From Candidatus Daviesbacteria bacterium (GTDB lineage Bacteria; Patescibacteriota; Microgenomatia; Daviesbacterales; UBA10151), in assembly GCA_016187025.1 (NCBI GenBank), contig JACPKM010000001.1:448055-512054 (forward strand): a stretch of 64,000 nt of DNA, written 5' to 3'. The notes below the pieces were generated by a model. That model saw nothing but the letters and a program-made list of their open reading frames with translations, was not told the origin of the DNA and made no database searches. This document shows positions 9,560-18,651 of this stretch, one piece after another (within the stretch, counting starts at the first letter, position 1; every line of letters begins with the position of its first letter). Made by a program: the position numbers and the translations under genes.

Positions 9560-10303
9560 ATGGCAAATCCCAAACTTTCAATAATTTTTCCCTCTTATAA
9601 TGAAGAAAAAAATATCCGCAATGGAATTTTAGAAACTGTAGAAAATTACTTAAAAATGGTAGATTATCCATTCGAGGCGCTTTTTGTAGATGATGGTTCC
9701 AAGGATCAAACCGCTACCCTATTAAAAGAATTTGTAAAAAATAATAAAAATTACCGCTTGATTGAAAATAGCCATGGAGGGAAAGCTATAACTGTAATTA
9801 CCGGTATGTTAGAAGCCAAGGGGGAAGTGGCACTCTTTTCTGATATGGATCAGGCTACTCCTTTAAAAGAGATAGAAAAGTTTTTTCCAAGATTTGACGA
9901 AGGGTATGATATTGTGATTGGATCGAGGCATGGTAGAAAAGGCGCGCCTTTTATAAGAAAACTATCTGCCTGGGGTTTTTCAGTTTTGAGATTAATTATT
10001 TTGGGATTACCGTTTAAAGATACCCAATGTGGATTTAAAGCATTCAACAAATCATCCATTGAAAAACTTTTCCCAAAAATAAAACATGAATGGGGAGTAT
10101 TGCATACAAAAGGTGGGGCAGTGAATGCTGGTTTTGATGTGGAGCTACTATATCTTGCTAAAAAATATGGATTTAAGATTGCGGAGGTAGAGGTGGAATG
10201 GAATTATGTTGACACAGAGCGAGTGCAGGTTATCAAAGATGCCGCAGCTGCAATTTATGATATGCTAAGAATTAGAATAAACGATTTTTCTGGTAAATAT
10301 TAA
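9560..10303 (+). CDS. GT2 glycosyltransferase, Dpm1/polyprenyl-phosphate-sugar synthase-like
   Basis: The motifs are LSIIFPSYNEEKN...FVDDGSKDQT and FSDMDQA. The protein is 247 aa and soluble. Confidence 0.75.
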   Translation: MANPKLSIIFPSYNEEKNIRNGILETVENYLKMVDYPFEALFVDDGSKDQTATLLKEFVKNNKNYRLIENSHGGKAITVITGMLEAKGEVALFSDMDQATPLKEIEKFFPRFDEGYDIVIGSRHGRKGAPFIRKLSAWGFSVLRLIILGLPFKDTQCGFKAFNKSSIEKLFPKIKHEWGVLHTKGGAVNAGFDVELLYLAKKYGFKIAEVEVEWNYVDTERVQVIKDAAAAIYDMLRIRINDFSGKY

Positions 10304-10425
10304 CTTTTCTCAACTCCTGCACTTATTCCCATAACTACCCCCGTTGTAGAAACCAACCCATCTTGCAGACCAGCTGAACGTAAGCATAGCTTTCCTTTTT
10401 ATAAACAAAAACGTAAAATATTAGA
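10304..10425 (+). promoter_or_regulatory. 122-nt intergenic region, noticeably more GC-rich and C-rich than its surroundings. It is a possible promoter or leader upstream of the GTG-start GT39 gene.
   Basis: Its composition contrasts with flanking DNA (CCCATAACTACCCCCGTTGTAGAAACCAACCCATCTTGCAGACCAGCTGAACG). It contains TTGCAG and TATAAA hexamers, but their spacing is not canonical. Confidence 0.2.
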
Positions 10426-11922
10426 GTGAAGTTGGTTTTCAAATACAAGACTGAAATCTTTGTTTTAGCAATACTTATTATCCTATATTTTGCCTTACGT
10501 TTGCCTAATTTAACTCTACAACCTATATTTGCGGATGAGGCAATCTATATCCGCTGGGCCCAGGTAATGAAATCAGAGCCTACTTTAAGGTTTGTCTCTC
10601 TTTCTGATGGGAAAACCCCATTTTTTATGTGGATGATGGTGCCGATGTTTAAAATCTTTGATGACCCACTTTTTGCCGGAAGATTCCTATCAGTTATTGC
10701 TGGACTCGGTACTCTCTTGGGAGTCTTTTTCCTGACCAGGAAAGTGTTTGGTAAACAAGCCGGTTACTGGTCGTCTCTAATATATGTTGTTACTCCATAT
10801 ACAGTGTTTTTTGACAGGATGGCTTTGGTTGATTCTATGCTTGCAGCATTTACTATTTGGTCTGTGTATTTTGCAATATGGCTTCTTCAATCGCAGCGAC
10901 TAGACTTGGCGATGATTCTGGGGTATTTTCTTGGAGGAGGGCTGCTTGTCAAAACTCCGGGAATGTTTAATCTTCTTGTTCTTCCTGTTAGCATCCTCGG
11001 GTTTAAATTTCAAAAGTCTTCAGGTAGTTTAGTAAAACTTTTGGTCTTTTGGAGTATTTCCTTAATTATTGGATTGGCAATTTATAATATTCTAAGGCTT
11101 GGCCCGGGGTTTGAACAGCTTTCTGCTAGAAACCAAGATTATGTTTTTTCTCCTAGTGAGCTTGTCGGAAGGCCGCTTGATCCATTCATACCACACTTAA
11201 GAGATCTCGCTGATTGGTACCCAAAACTATTAACCTGGTCTGGACTTACTTTCATATTTATTGGACTTTTTAAGTCACTAGTATCCAAGAATCGTTTAGG
11301 TTGGGTAGTGGTGGCTTGGGCCTTGGTACCGTTAATGATTCAACTGGCGTTTCTGAAAACTTTTACTGCAAGATATTTACTTTCATCAATTCCGCTGCTG
11401 ATAACTATAGGGGGTTTTGGTTTTGTTTATTTGAGTCAAAAGCTCAAACTATCATCGCTTTTTTCAATAGCTTTAGGTTTAATATTAATTCTGACTCAGA
11501 GTCTATACTTTGATTTAACCTTAATCAGTGATCCAGCTAAGGCTCCACTTCCAAGAGCAGAAAGAAGAGGCTATTTAGAAGACTGGACTGCAGGATATGG
11601 CCTCAAAGATATAGCACAATTTTTAGATGAAAAAAGTAAAGAAGATAAAGTGGTTGTTGGTACAGAAGGATTTTTTGGAACTTTGCCTGATGGACTATAT
11701 ATTTACTTGGACAAATCAGAGGTTGTCGTAATAGGGGGTAAATCTGCAATTTCAGAACAAATCAGGCAAACTGCAAAAGATAACTTGACTTATTTTGTTG
11801 GTAATAAAAAAAGAATTGAAGGTAACTTAAAAGATGTCGAGCTGGTGAGAGAATATCTAAAAGCAAAACCTTTGGATAATTCCCCACAGGATGCAATACA
11901 GCTTTATAAGGTAAATCCATAG
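10426..11922 (+). CDS. GT39/GT83-family (PMT/ArnT-like) GT-C membrane glycosyltransferase. GTG start.
   Basis: The protein is 498 aa with more than 10 TM helices. The loop-1 motif is IFADEAIYIRWA (DE motif). Confidence 0.65.
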   Translation: MKLVFKYKTEIFVLAILIILYFALRLPNLTLQPIFADEAIYIRWAQVMKSEPTLRFVSLSDGKTPFFMWMMVPMFKIFDDPLFAGRFLSVIAGLGTLLGVFFLTRKVFGKQAGYWSSLIYVVTPYTVFFDRMALVDSMLAAFTIWSVYFAIWLLQSQRLDLAMILGYFLGGGLLVKTPGMFNLLVLPVSILGFKFQKSSGSLVKLLVFWSISLIIGLAIYNILRLGPGFEQLSARNQDYVFSPSELVGRPLDPFIPHLRDLADWYPKLLTWSGLTFIFIGLFKSLVSKNRLGWVVVAWALVPLMIQLAFLKTFTARYLLSSIPLLITIGGFGFVYLSQKLKLSSLFSIALGLILILTQSLYFDLTLISDPAKAPLPRAERRGYLEDWTAGYGLKDIAQFLDEKSKEDKVVVGTEGFFGTLPDGLYIYLDKSEVVVIGGKSAISEQIRQTAKDNLTYFVGNKKRIEGNLKDVELVREYLKAKPLDNSPQDAIQLYKVNP

Positions 11923-11936
11923 ATTCAATAAATAAA

Positions 11937-13646
11937 ATGCATGTTTTAAATCTTTTTAAAAAGACCATTATTAGATTTCCGTGGATTTTAGTAATTCTGT
12001 TTACGATCCCAAGTTTTATTGCCCTTTTAAGGCCTGGCTTTTTTCCAATGCAAGATGATTTGCAGGTGTTTAGATTGCACCAAATGGATAAATGCATCAA
12101 GGATTTACAGATTCCCTGCCGGTGGATTCCTGACATGGGGTATCAGTACGGCTATCCTCAATTTAACTTCTATAATCCAAGTGTGTTTTATCTAGGGGAG
12201 GTATTTCATTTGGCAGGTTTTCAATTTATTGACTCAGTAAAAATACTTTTTATACTAGGCCTTGTTTTATCAGCTATTTCAATGTTTCTTTTGCTGAGAT
12301 CTTTTGTAGATAATTTCCCTGCGCTGGTTGGATCGCTACTTTATACATATGCTCCATTTAAGGCAGCCCAAGCCTATGTCCGCGGATCATTAAATGAGCT
12401 TTGGAGTTTTGTTTTCTTTCCCTTAATATTTCTTTTTGCCTACCAATTAATAAAAACCAACAAAAGCAAATACATAATATATCTAGCCTCTTCAGTTGGG
12501 TTAATGCTTCTTACCCATAATTTAATGTCTGTTGTAATTGCCCCCTTGGCAGCAGTTTGGATTCTTAACTGGTTAGTTTTGGAAAAAGGCTGGAGAGTTT
12601 TACCTAAGCTTTTTGTAAGCTTGCTTTTGGGGCTAGGCTTGTCAGCCTTTTTTGTTTTACCAGTTATATTTGAAGGTAAATATGTTCACTTGGAAACACT
12701 GATTGGGGGATACTTTGATTATAGACAACACTTTGTAAATATTTACCAGCTATTTTTATCTAACTATTTTGGATACGGTTCATCAGTTTTTGGAAACAAT
12801 GATGAGGTGTCTTTATCAGTTGGAATTGTGCAATGGATTAGCGCAGCTATTACTTTGACTCTTGCATTGATCAATTTTAAAAAGAAAAAAAAGCTTTCAA
12901 TTACTGTAATTATAGTATTTCTCCTATCAGTTTTTACAATATTTTTGATGCATCAGCGCTCAAGTTTTATTTGGGAAAGATTAGAGTTTTTCAAATATTT
13001 CCAGTTCCCTTGGAGGTTTCTGGCGGGTAGTACGTTTTTATTATCGATTCTTGGAGCAATGGGTATAAGCTTTATAACAAATAAAAGATTGTCAGTTATT
13101 TACGGAGGACTAATTACAGTTTCTTTGGGCATTCTTTATTTAAGCTTTTTTAAACCGGTAAGTTGGAATAATGTGTCTGATCAAGATAAATTTAGCGGAC
13201 AATCTTGGGAAAAGCAGTTAACAATAAGCATTTTTGACTACTTACCAATTTATGCCAAGCTACCTCCTAATAAGAAAGCGCCAGAGCGACCAGAAGTATT
13301 AGAAGGTGATGTTAAGGTTATAAGCTATTTTAAAGGCAGTAATTACCAAGAAGGTGAAGTAGAAGTGGTAGGTAATGAAGCAGTTATCAGAGTTCCTTTG
13401 TTTGATTTTCCTGGGATGAAAGTTACATCAAACAATAAACAAATACCCCACTGGCATAATGATTGCAGGTTTGAAGAATACTGTTTGGGTTTGATAACTT
13501 TTAAATTACCTGAAGGAAATCATAAAATAAAAGCTGAGCTAGGAGATACATTAATCAGAACAATAGGGAACACCATTTCCCTATTTTCATTTTTGACTAT
13601 AATTTCTTTCCTAACCAAAAGAGTATATGAGAAAACAACTAATTAA
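11937..13646 (+). CDS. Tandem paralog 1 of an uncharacterized GT-C-like membrane protein family (HHDD / QIPCRW / QFPWRFL motifs)
   Basis: There are about 12 TM helices, then a beta-rich domain of about 150 aa, then a C-terminal TM anchor. It shares these motifs with the next three ORFs: PGFFPMQDDLQV, DKCIKDLQIPCRWIPDMGYQYGYPQFNFYN, YFQFPWRFL. Confidence 0.5.
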   Translation: MHVLNLFKKTIIRFPWILVILFTIPSFIALLRPGFFPMQDDLQVFRLHQMDKCIKDLQIPCRWIPDMGYQYGYPQFNFYNPSVFYLGEVFHLAGFQFIDSVKILFILGLVLSAISMFLLLRSFVDNFPALVGSLLYTYAPFKAAQAYVRGSLNELWSFVFFPLIFLFAYQLIKTNKSKYIIYLASSVGLMLLTHNLMSVVIAPLAAVWILNWLVLEKGWRVLPKLFVSLLLGLGLSAFFVLPVIFEGKYVHLETLIGGYFDYRQHFVNIYQLFLSNYFGYGSSVFGNNDEVSLSVGIVQWISAAITLTLALINFKKKKKLSITVIIVFLLSVFTIFLMHQRSSFIWERLEFFKYFQFPWRFLAGSTFLLSILGAMGISFITNKRLSVIYGGLITVSLGILYLSFFKPVSWNNVSDQDKFSGQSWEKQLTISIFDYLPIYAKLPPNKKAPERPEVLEGDVKVISYFKGSNYQEGEVEVVGNEAVIRVPLFDFPGMKVTSNNKQIPHWHNDCRFEEYCLGLITFKLPEGNHKIKAELGDTLIRTIGNTISLFSFLTIISFLTKRVYEKTTN

Positions 13647-15297
13647 TAATTGGCAGGTTTTGACAATAATTGCTCTTTCAATGCTTATTGTTTGGCCGCT
13701 ATTTTTACCTGGGTATTTTACTCATCATGATGATTTACAAGTCATGAGGATATTTGAAATGAGAAAGTGTTTAGAGGACTTACAAATTCCTTGTAGATGG
13801 GTACCTGATATGGGTTATGGTAATGGTTTTCCGCTTTTTAATTATTACAGTGTCCTTCCTTATTATTTAGGGGCATTTTTTAGCTTTATTTTTGGTTACT
13901 TAATTTCAGCAAAAATACTATTTTTAGTTCCTTTGCTACTGGGTGGAGTATCAATGTATCTGTTTGCCAAGGAGATTTTTAACAAAGAGGTAGGGTTGGC
14001 AGTTGGGATAATTTATTCTTTTGCTCCGTACAGGGCAGTAGATAGCTATGTCAGAGGGGCTGTGGCAGAAAGCTTTGCACTGGCTATAATCCCTTTAGTA
14101 TTTTATTTTTTCTCAAGACTTATTAAAGAAAAAGGGTATTTAAACTTTTTAGGAGCGACACTTTCTCTTACTGCTTTTCTTATGTCTCATAATATAATGA
14201 CACTTTTTTTCCTGCCTATTTTACTTGTATGGATTCTAATATTAATTTTCCACAATAATGAACAGAGTTTTTATTCGAAGAAAAACTTTAAGTTTGTATT
14301 TCTTAGTTTAATACTAAGTATTGGTCTTTCTTCATTTTTTCTTCTTCCAGCCTTTCTAGAAAAAGATTTAGTTGAAATTGATACTTTAACCCGGTTTGAT
14401 CTAAACTTTAGGGTCCATTTCATTTCTATTGGACAGTTATTTGAAAGGTCGTGGGGGTATGGTGCATCAGTTTTAGGGCCAAATGATTCTATTTCATTTC
14501 AAATTGGCCTGCCTCTCTGGATATTGTCTGCTGTTTCAATTATCTGGTTTGTCCTTAACTTGACTAAAAGAAAAAATTTACTTGTCTATACCCTATTTTA
14601 CTTAAGTTTTATTGGATCAGTTTTTATGATGCATAACAAATCAGCTTTTATTTGGGAAAAGATTTCTCTTCTGCATTTTGCACAGTTTCCGTGGAGGTTT
14701 TTATCAATTACTATTTTTTCAGGAGCCATTCTTTCAGGGTTTGCTTTAACTATTTTTAAAGGAAGAGTCCAAAAAGTTATACTTTTTACAATTATTGTTT
14801 TGACAGTCTTTCTAAATTGGGGCTATTTTAAACCAAATAGTTTTTATCCTACCTCTGATCAAAAGAAGTTATCTGGTAAGGAATGGGAGAATCAACAAAA
14901 GGCTGCGATTTTTGATTATTTACCAAAGGGAGCAATAGATCCGCAAGAGGCAGCACCTGATAAACCGATTGTTTTATCAGGAGAAGTGAAGATAGAAAAT
15001 TTTCAAAAAAAGAGCAATAGATGGGAATTTATGGCTGAGGTAAACAAGGAGTCTAAGCTTGAAATGCCTGTTTTTGATTTTCCGGATTGGGAAGTTTTTA
15101 TAGACAGTAAAAAAATAAACCATGAAAAAAGCCCGCTTTTAAAAAGAGTAGCCTTCAGCGTTCCAGAAGGGGAGCATAAGATAAAAGGATACCTAAAAGA
15201 TACACCGGTAAGAAGTTTTGCCAATGCAACAACCCTTTTGTCGCTGATTGTTTTACTATTTTTAGTTTATGGAAAAGGTCGAAAAGTTTTTAATTAA
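13627..15297 (+). CDS. Tandem paralog 2 of the same family
   Basis: The motifs are PGYFTHHDDLQVMRIFEMRKCLEDLQIPCRWVPDMGYGNGFPLFNYY and FAQFPWRFL. It overlaps paralog 1 by about 20 nt. Confidence 0.5.
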   Translation: MRKQLINNWQVLTIIALSMLIVWPLFLPGYFTHHDDLQVMRIFEMRKCLEDLQIPCRWVPDMGYGNGFPLFNYYSVLPYYLGAFFSFIFGYLISAKILFLVPLLLGGVSMYLFAKEIFNKEVGLAVGIIYSFAPYRAVDSYVRGAVAESFALAIIPLVFYFFSRLIKEKGYLNFLGATLSLTAFLMSHNIMTLFFLPILLVWILILIFHNNEQSFYSKKNFKFVFLSLILSIGLSSFFLLPAFLEKDLVEIDTLTRFDLNFRVHFISIGQLFERSWGYGASVLGPNDSISFQIGLPLWILSAVSIIWFVLNLTKRKNLLVYTLFYLSFIGSVFMMHNKSAFIWEKISLLHFAQFPWRFLSITIFSGAILSGFALTIFKGRVQKVILFTIIVLTVFLNWGYFKPNSFYPTSDQKKLSGKEWENQQKAAIFDYLPKGAIDPQEAAPDKPIVLSGEVKIENFQKKSNRWEFMAEVNKESKLEMPVFDFPDWEVFIDSKKINHEKSPLLKRVAFSVPEGEHKIKGYLKDTPVRSFANATTLLSLIVLLFLVYGKGRKVFN

Positions 15298-16945
15298 ATA
15301 TAGATTTTTTGTTATTTCGGTACTTCTTGCTCCGGCTGTATGGGCTTTGTTCGTTCCTGGCTACTACGGTGCCTCAGATGATATTCATATAGCATGGCTT
15401 TATGAAATGGACCAAGTAATAAAGCTAGGACAATTTCCTCCAAGGTATGTTCCGGATTTAAGCTTTGGGTTTGGTTATCCTTTGTTTTCTTTTGTTTTTC
15501 CGCTACCGTTTTACATAGCAGAGATTGTTCATCTTATTTCTAGACTAAGCTTTGTTGATAGTGTAAAGTCTGTTTTTTTCCTCAGTGTTCCCCTTTCGTT
15601 TTTTACAATGTATTTGCTTCTTAAAAGGTTTTCCTCTCAGCTTTTATCAATTGCTGGAGCGCTTGTTTATGTCTACACACCTTACAGAGCAACTGATCTT
15701 TATGTTAGGGGAGCTATAGGGGAATTGTTTTCTTTTGCAGTTTTGCCAATTGTTGCCCTATCAGTAATTAAGTTATCAGGTTATAAGTTTAACTTAAAAT
15801 GGATTGGAATTGGCGGATTATCACTTAGTGCACTGATTCTTACTCATAATATTACAGCGTATATGTTTTACCCAACCGTTATTTTGTTATGGTTGGTGTT
15901 ATTGCTAGCAAGCAGAAGAGACCTTGCAAAAAAAGTATTGCAGTTTTTCTTGATGAATTTACTAGGTTTGGCGGGAAGTATTTACTTTTGGCTTCCGGCG
16001 ATAATTGAAAGTAAATTATTTAAGTACGATACCGTATTTAATTTCACCGATCATTTTCCGACCCTTAAACAGTTATTCACACCTTATTTTGGATACGGAG
16101 CATCAGTACCTGGGCCTTTTGATGGATTATCTTTTTTCATAGGATTTATAAATATATTATTAGTAATCACTGCGTTTTTATCAGTTTTCTTATACAGAAA
16201 AAAATATTCAAAGACCGAGTTTGCTTTTTTTGGTTGGCTGATGGTAATACTTTTAATGACTGTTTTTATGATGAATTTTAGATCCACTTTTGTTTGGGAA
16301 AATGTCCCGCTGATTCCCTATTTCCAGTTTCCCTGGAGGTTTTTAATTTTAACCACCTTTATCACCCCACTTTTTATTATCTTTCTTGAGAAAAGCGAGT
16401 ATAAAAACATACTGGCGATTCTTATTATAATTTCTGTAGTTTCACTCAATGGAGTCTATTTTAGACCTCATGATTTTTTGGGAAGAGAAGACAGTTATTT
16501 TTTAGATAGATACATTCCTTATCCCAAGGCAAGTGAGGAGTACAAAAAAACTCAAGAGGAGTATTTGCGTTTACCAAAAGATTTAATTAAAAGACCAGAC
16601 CAAAATTACCCTCTAACATTTCCTGTTACTGAGCAAATTATTCAGATTAATCCATTTAACAGATTAGCAGGTGAGACTAAGGTTAAAGCCGATAAAGACT
16701 TTATTCTATATTTTAACAAGTACTATTATCCGGGATGGCAGGTAAAAATCGATAAGCAAAAGACTGAGATATTTTCCAGTCCTCCTTTTGGGCAAGTTAG
16801 TGTTAAAATACCCTCTGGCGAGCATTTAGTGGAGATTTTATTTAAAGAAACCGTACTTAGGCAGTCGTTGAATCTTGTTTCTTTGCTGGCTATCATACTT
16901 TCCCTATCGCTTACATTTCAGACTAGACTCAAAGAAAATGAATAA
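15269..16945 (+). CDS. Tandem paralog 3 of the same family. It is diverged and has lost the Cys pair.
   Basis: The motifs are PGYYGASDDIHIAWLYEMDQVIKLGQFPPRYVPDLSFGFGYPLFSF and YFQFPWRFL. Its start overlaps paralog 2's stop. Confidence 0.5.
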   Translation: MEKVEKFLIKYRFFVISVLLAPAVWALFVPGYYGASDDIHIAWLYEMDQVIKLGQFPPRYVPDLSFGFGYPLFSFVFPLPFYIAEIVHLISRLSFVDSVKSVFFLSVPLSFFTMYLLLKRFSSQLLSIAGALVYVYTPYRATDLYVRGAIGELFSFAVLPIVALSVIKLSGYKFNLKWIGIGGLSLSALILTHNITAYMFYPTVILLWLVLLLASRRDLAKKVLQFFLMNLLGLAGSIYFWLPAIIESKLFKYDTVFNFTDHFPTLKQLFTPYFGYGASVPGPFDGLSFFIGFINILLVITAFLSVFLYRKKYSKTEFAFFGWLMVILLMTVFMMNFRSTFVWENVPLIPYFQFPWRFLILTTFITPLFIIFLEKSEYKNILAILIIISVVSLNGVYFRPHDFLGREDSYFLDRYIPYPKASEEYKKTQEEYLRLPKDLIKRPDQNYPLTFPVTEQIIQINPFNRLAGETKVKADKDFILYFNKYYYPGWQVKIDKQKTEIFSSPPFGQVSVKIPSGEHLVEILFKETVLRQSLNLVSLLAIILSLSLTFQTRLKENE

Positions 16946-18650
16946 CTTAATTAAGCTGGTAAAAAAGCCTGTAGCAATAACTTTTATATTATCAATTGCT
17001 CTACTGTGGCCGCTTTTTGTCGCACCTTACTTTACCCATCATGATGATGTGCAAGTTATTAGGCTATATGAGATGGACAAATGCATTAAAGATTTACAAA
17101 TCCCCTGTCGTTGGGTACCAGATTTGGGAGGACAATACGGCTATCCTCTTTTTAACTATTATGCACCTTTACCTTACTACGTCGGAGAAATATTTTTCTT
17201 ACTAACAAATAATTTGATTTTATCAATGAAGGTAATGTTTGTTATACCATTTATTGCCTCATTTATTTTCATGTATTTACTGGCAAAAAAGTTTTGGGGT
17301 GAGTTAGGTGCAAGTGTATCGGCCCTTTTTTACTCTTATGCTCCCTATCATGCACTTGATTTTTATGTCAGGGGAGCAATGGGAGAGTTATGGGCACTGA
17401 TGGCATTCCCAGCAATATTTTATTCCCTTTTTAAGCTATTTGAGAAAAAATCTATTGGTAATATCCTTTTTTTAACACTATCTTTCTCTGTACTTTTACT
17501 CTCTCATAATTTGTCTACAATGATATTTATACCCTTTGTGGCAATATTTACTATTTTTTTGTATCTGTTCAAAAGAGATAATTTTTTTGTTTTATCGATT
17601 CTTGCATCTTTTACTCTCGCAATTGTTTTATCATCTTTTTACTTTATACCTGTAATAGCTGAGAAAGACTTTGTTCATGTTGATACAACAACCTATGGAT
17701 ATTTTCATTATACTGAGCACTTTAAAGGATTTAAAAAGCTATTTTTGGATAGAAGCTGGGGTTGGGGACAATCAGTTAGGGAAGTGCCAGGAGGAGAAAG
17801 AGATGGGATATCTTTTCAAATTGGTTGGGTGCATGTTCTTGCTTGGGTAATTTCTCTATTTGTTGCCAAAAGATTGTGGAGCAGTAAAACTAACAAGCTG
17901 GCTGTTGCTACAATAATTTTAACCACTATTGGAATTATGTTTGCTATTTTTATGGTGAATCCTAGATCGGAGCCTATATGGAAGGCTATACCTCCTTTGG
18001 AGTTTTTGCAGTTTCCCTGGAGGTTTTTGATTTTAATAACATTTTTTATCTCATTTCTGTCAGGAAGTATCTTTTTGCTGACTCGCAGCAAAAAGATATG
18101 GTTACTTTTAATGGTAGCTGTTGCACTTTTTAACTTTAGCTATTTCAGGCCTGAAAAATTTATCTACACCAGTAACCAAGAGCTTTTGCAAGGAAGTAAT
18201 TGGAACAAGCAAATTATGCGTTCCATATTTGATTTTTTGCCAATTTATGCAAAAGAGCCTCCCGCCACACTTGCTGAATCTAACTACCAAATTTTAACCG
18301 GGGAAGCAAGTATAAAAGATTTTAATAAAGGCACAAATTGGTTTAACTTTAATGCCGATGTTAAAACGCATACTATTCTCAGGCTTTCTCAGTATTATTT
18401 TCCGGAATGGATTATTAAAATAGATGGACAGGTGGCCAATATAGAGTATAAGAATAATACTTTAGGTTTAATGACTCTTATTTTGGGAGAGGGAGAGTAC
18501 AGAATAGAAGGTAGGTTATTTGATACTCCTGTTCGTATACTATCAAACTGGCTAAGCTTAATCGGGTTTGTTGTAATATTGATTCTATTTCCCCTACAAT
18601 TTAAACGGATTCAAATTTGGATTATGTATTATTTAAAAAGAGCAGGATAA
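16938..18650 (+). CDS. Tandem paralog 4 of the same family. The likely start is ATG 16938 (MNNLIKLV); the tracked ORF starts at 16875.
   Basis: The motifs are APYFTHHDDVQVIRLYEMDKCIKDLQIPCRWVPDLGGQYGYPLFNYY and FLQFPWRFL. It has an ATGAATAA overlap with paralog 3's stop. Confidence 0.5.
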   Translation: MNNLIKLVKKPVAITFILSIALLWPLFVAPYFTHHDDVQVIRLYEMDKCIKDLQIPCRWVPDLGGQYGYPLFNYYAPLPYYVGEIFFLLTNNLILSMKVMFVIPFIASFIFMYLLAKKFWGELGASVSALFYSYAPYHALDFYVRGAMGELWALMAFPAIFYSLFKLFEKKSIGNILFLTLSFSVLLLSHNLSTMIFIPFVAIFTIFLYLFKRDNFFVLSILASFTLAIVLSSFYFIPVIAEKDFVHVDTTTYGYFHYTEHFKGFKKLFLDRSWGWGQSVREVPGGERDGISFQIGWVHVLAWVISLFVAKRLWSSKTNKLAVATIILTTIGIMFAIFMVNPRSEPIWKAIPPLEFLQFPWRFLILITFFISFLSGSIFLLTRSKKIWLLLMVAVALFNFSYFRPEKFIYTSNQELLQGSNWNKQIMRSIFDFLPIYAKEPPATLAESNYQILTGEASIKDFNKGTNWFNFNADVKTHTILRLSQYYFPEWIIKIDGQVANIEYKNNTLGLMTLILGEGEYRIEGRLFDTPVRILSNWLSLIGFVVILILFPLQFKRIQIWIMYYLKRAG

Positions 18651-18651
18651 T

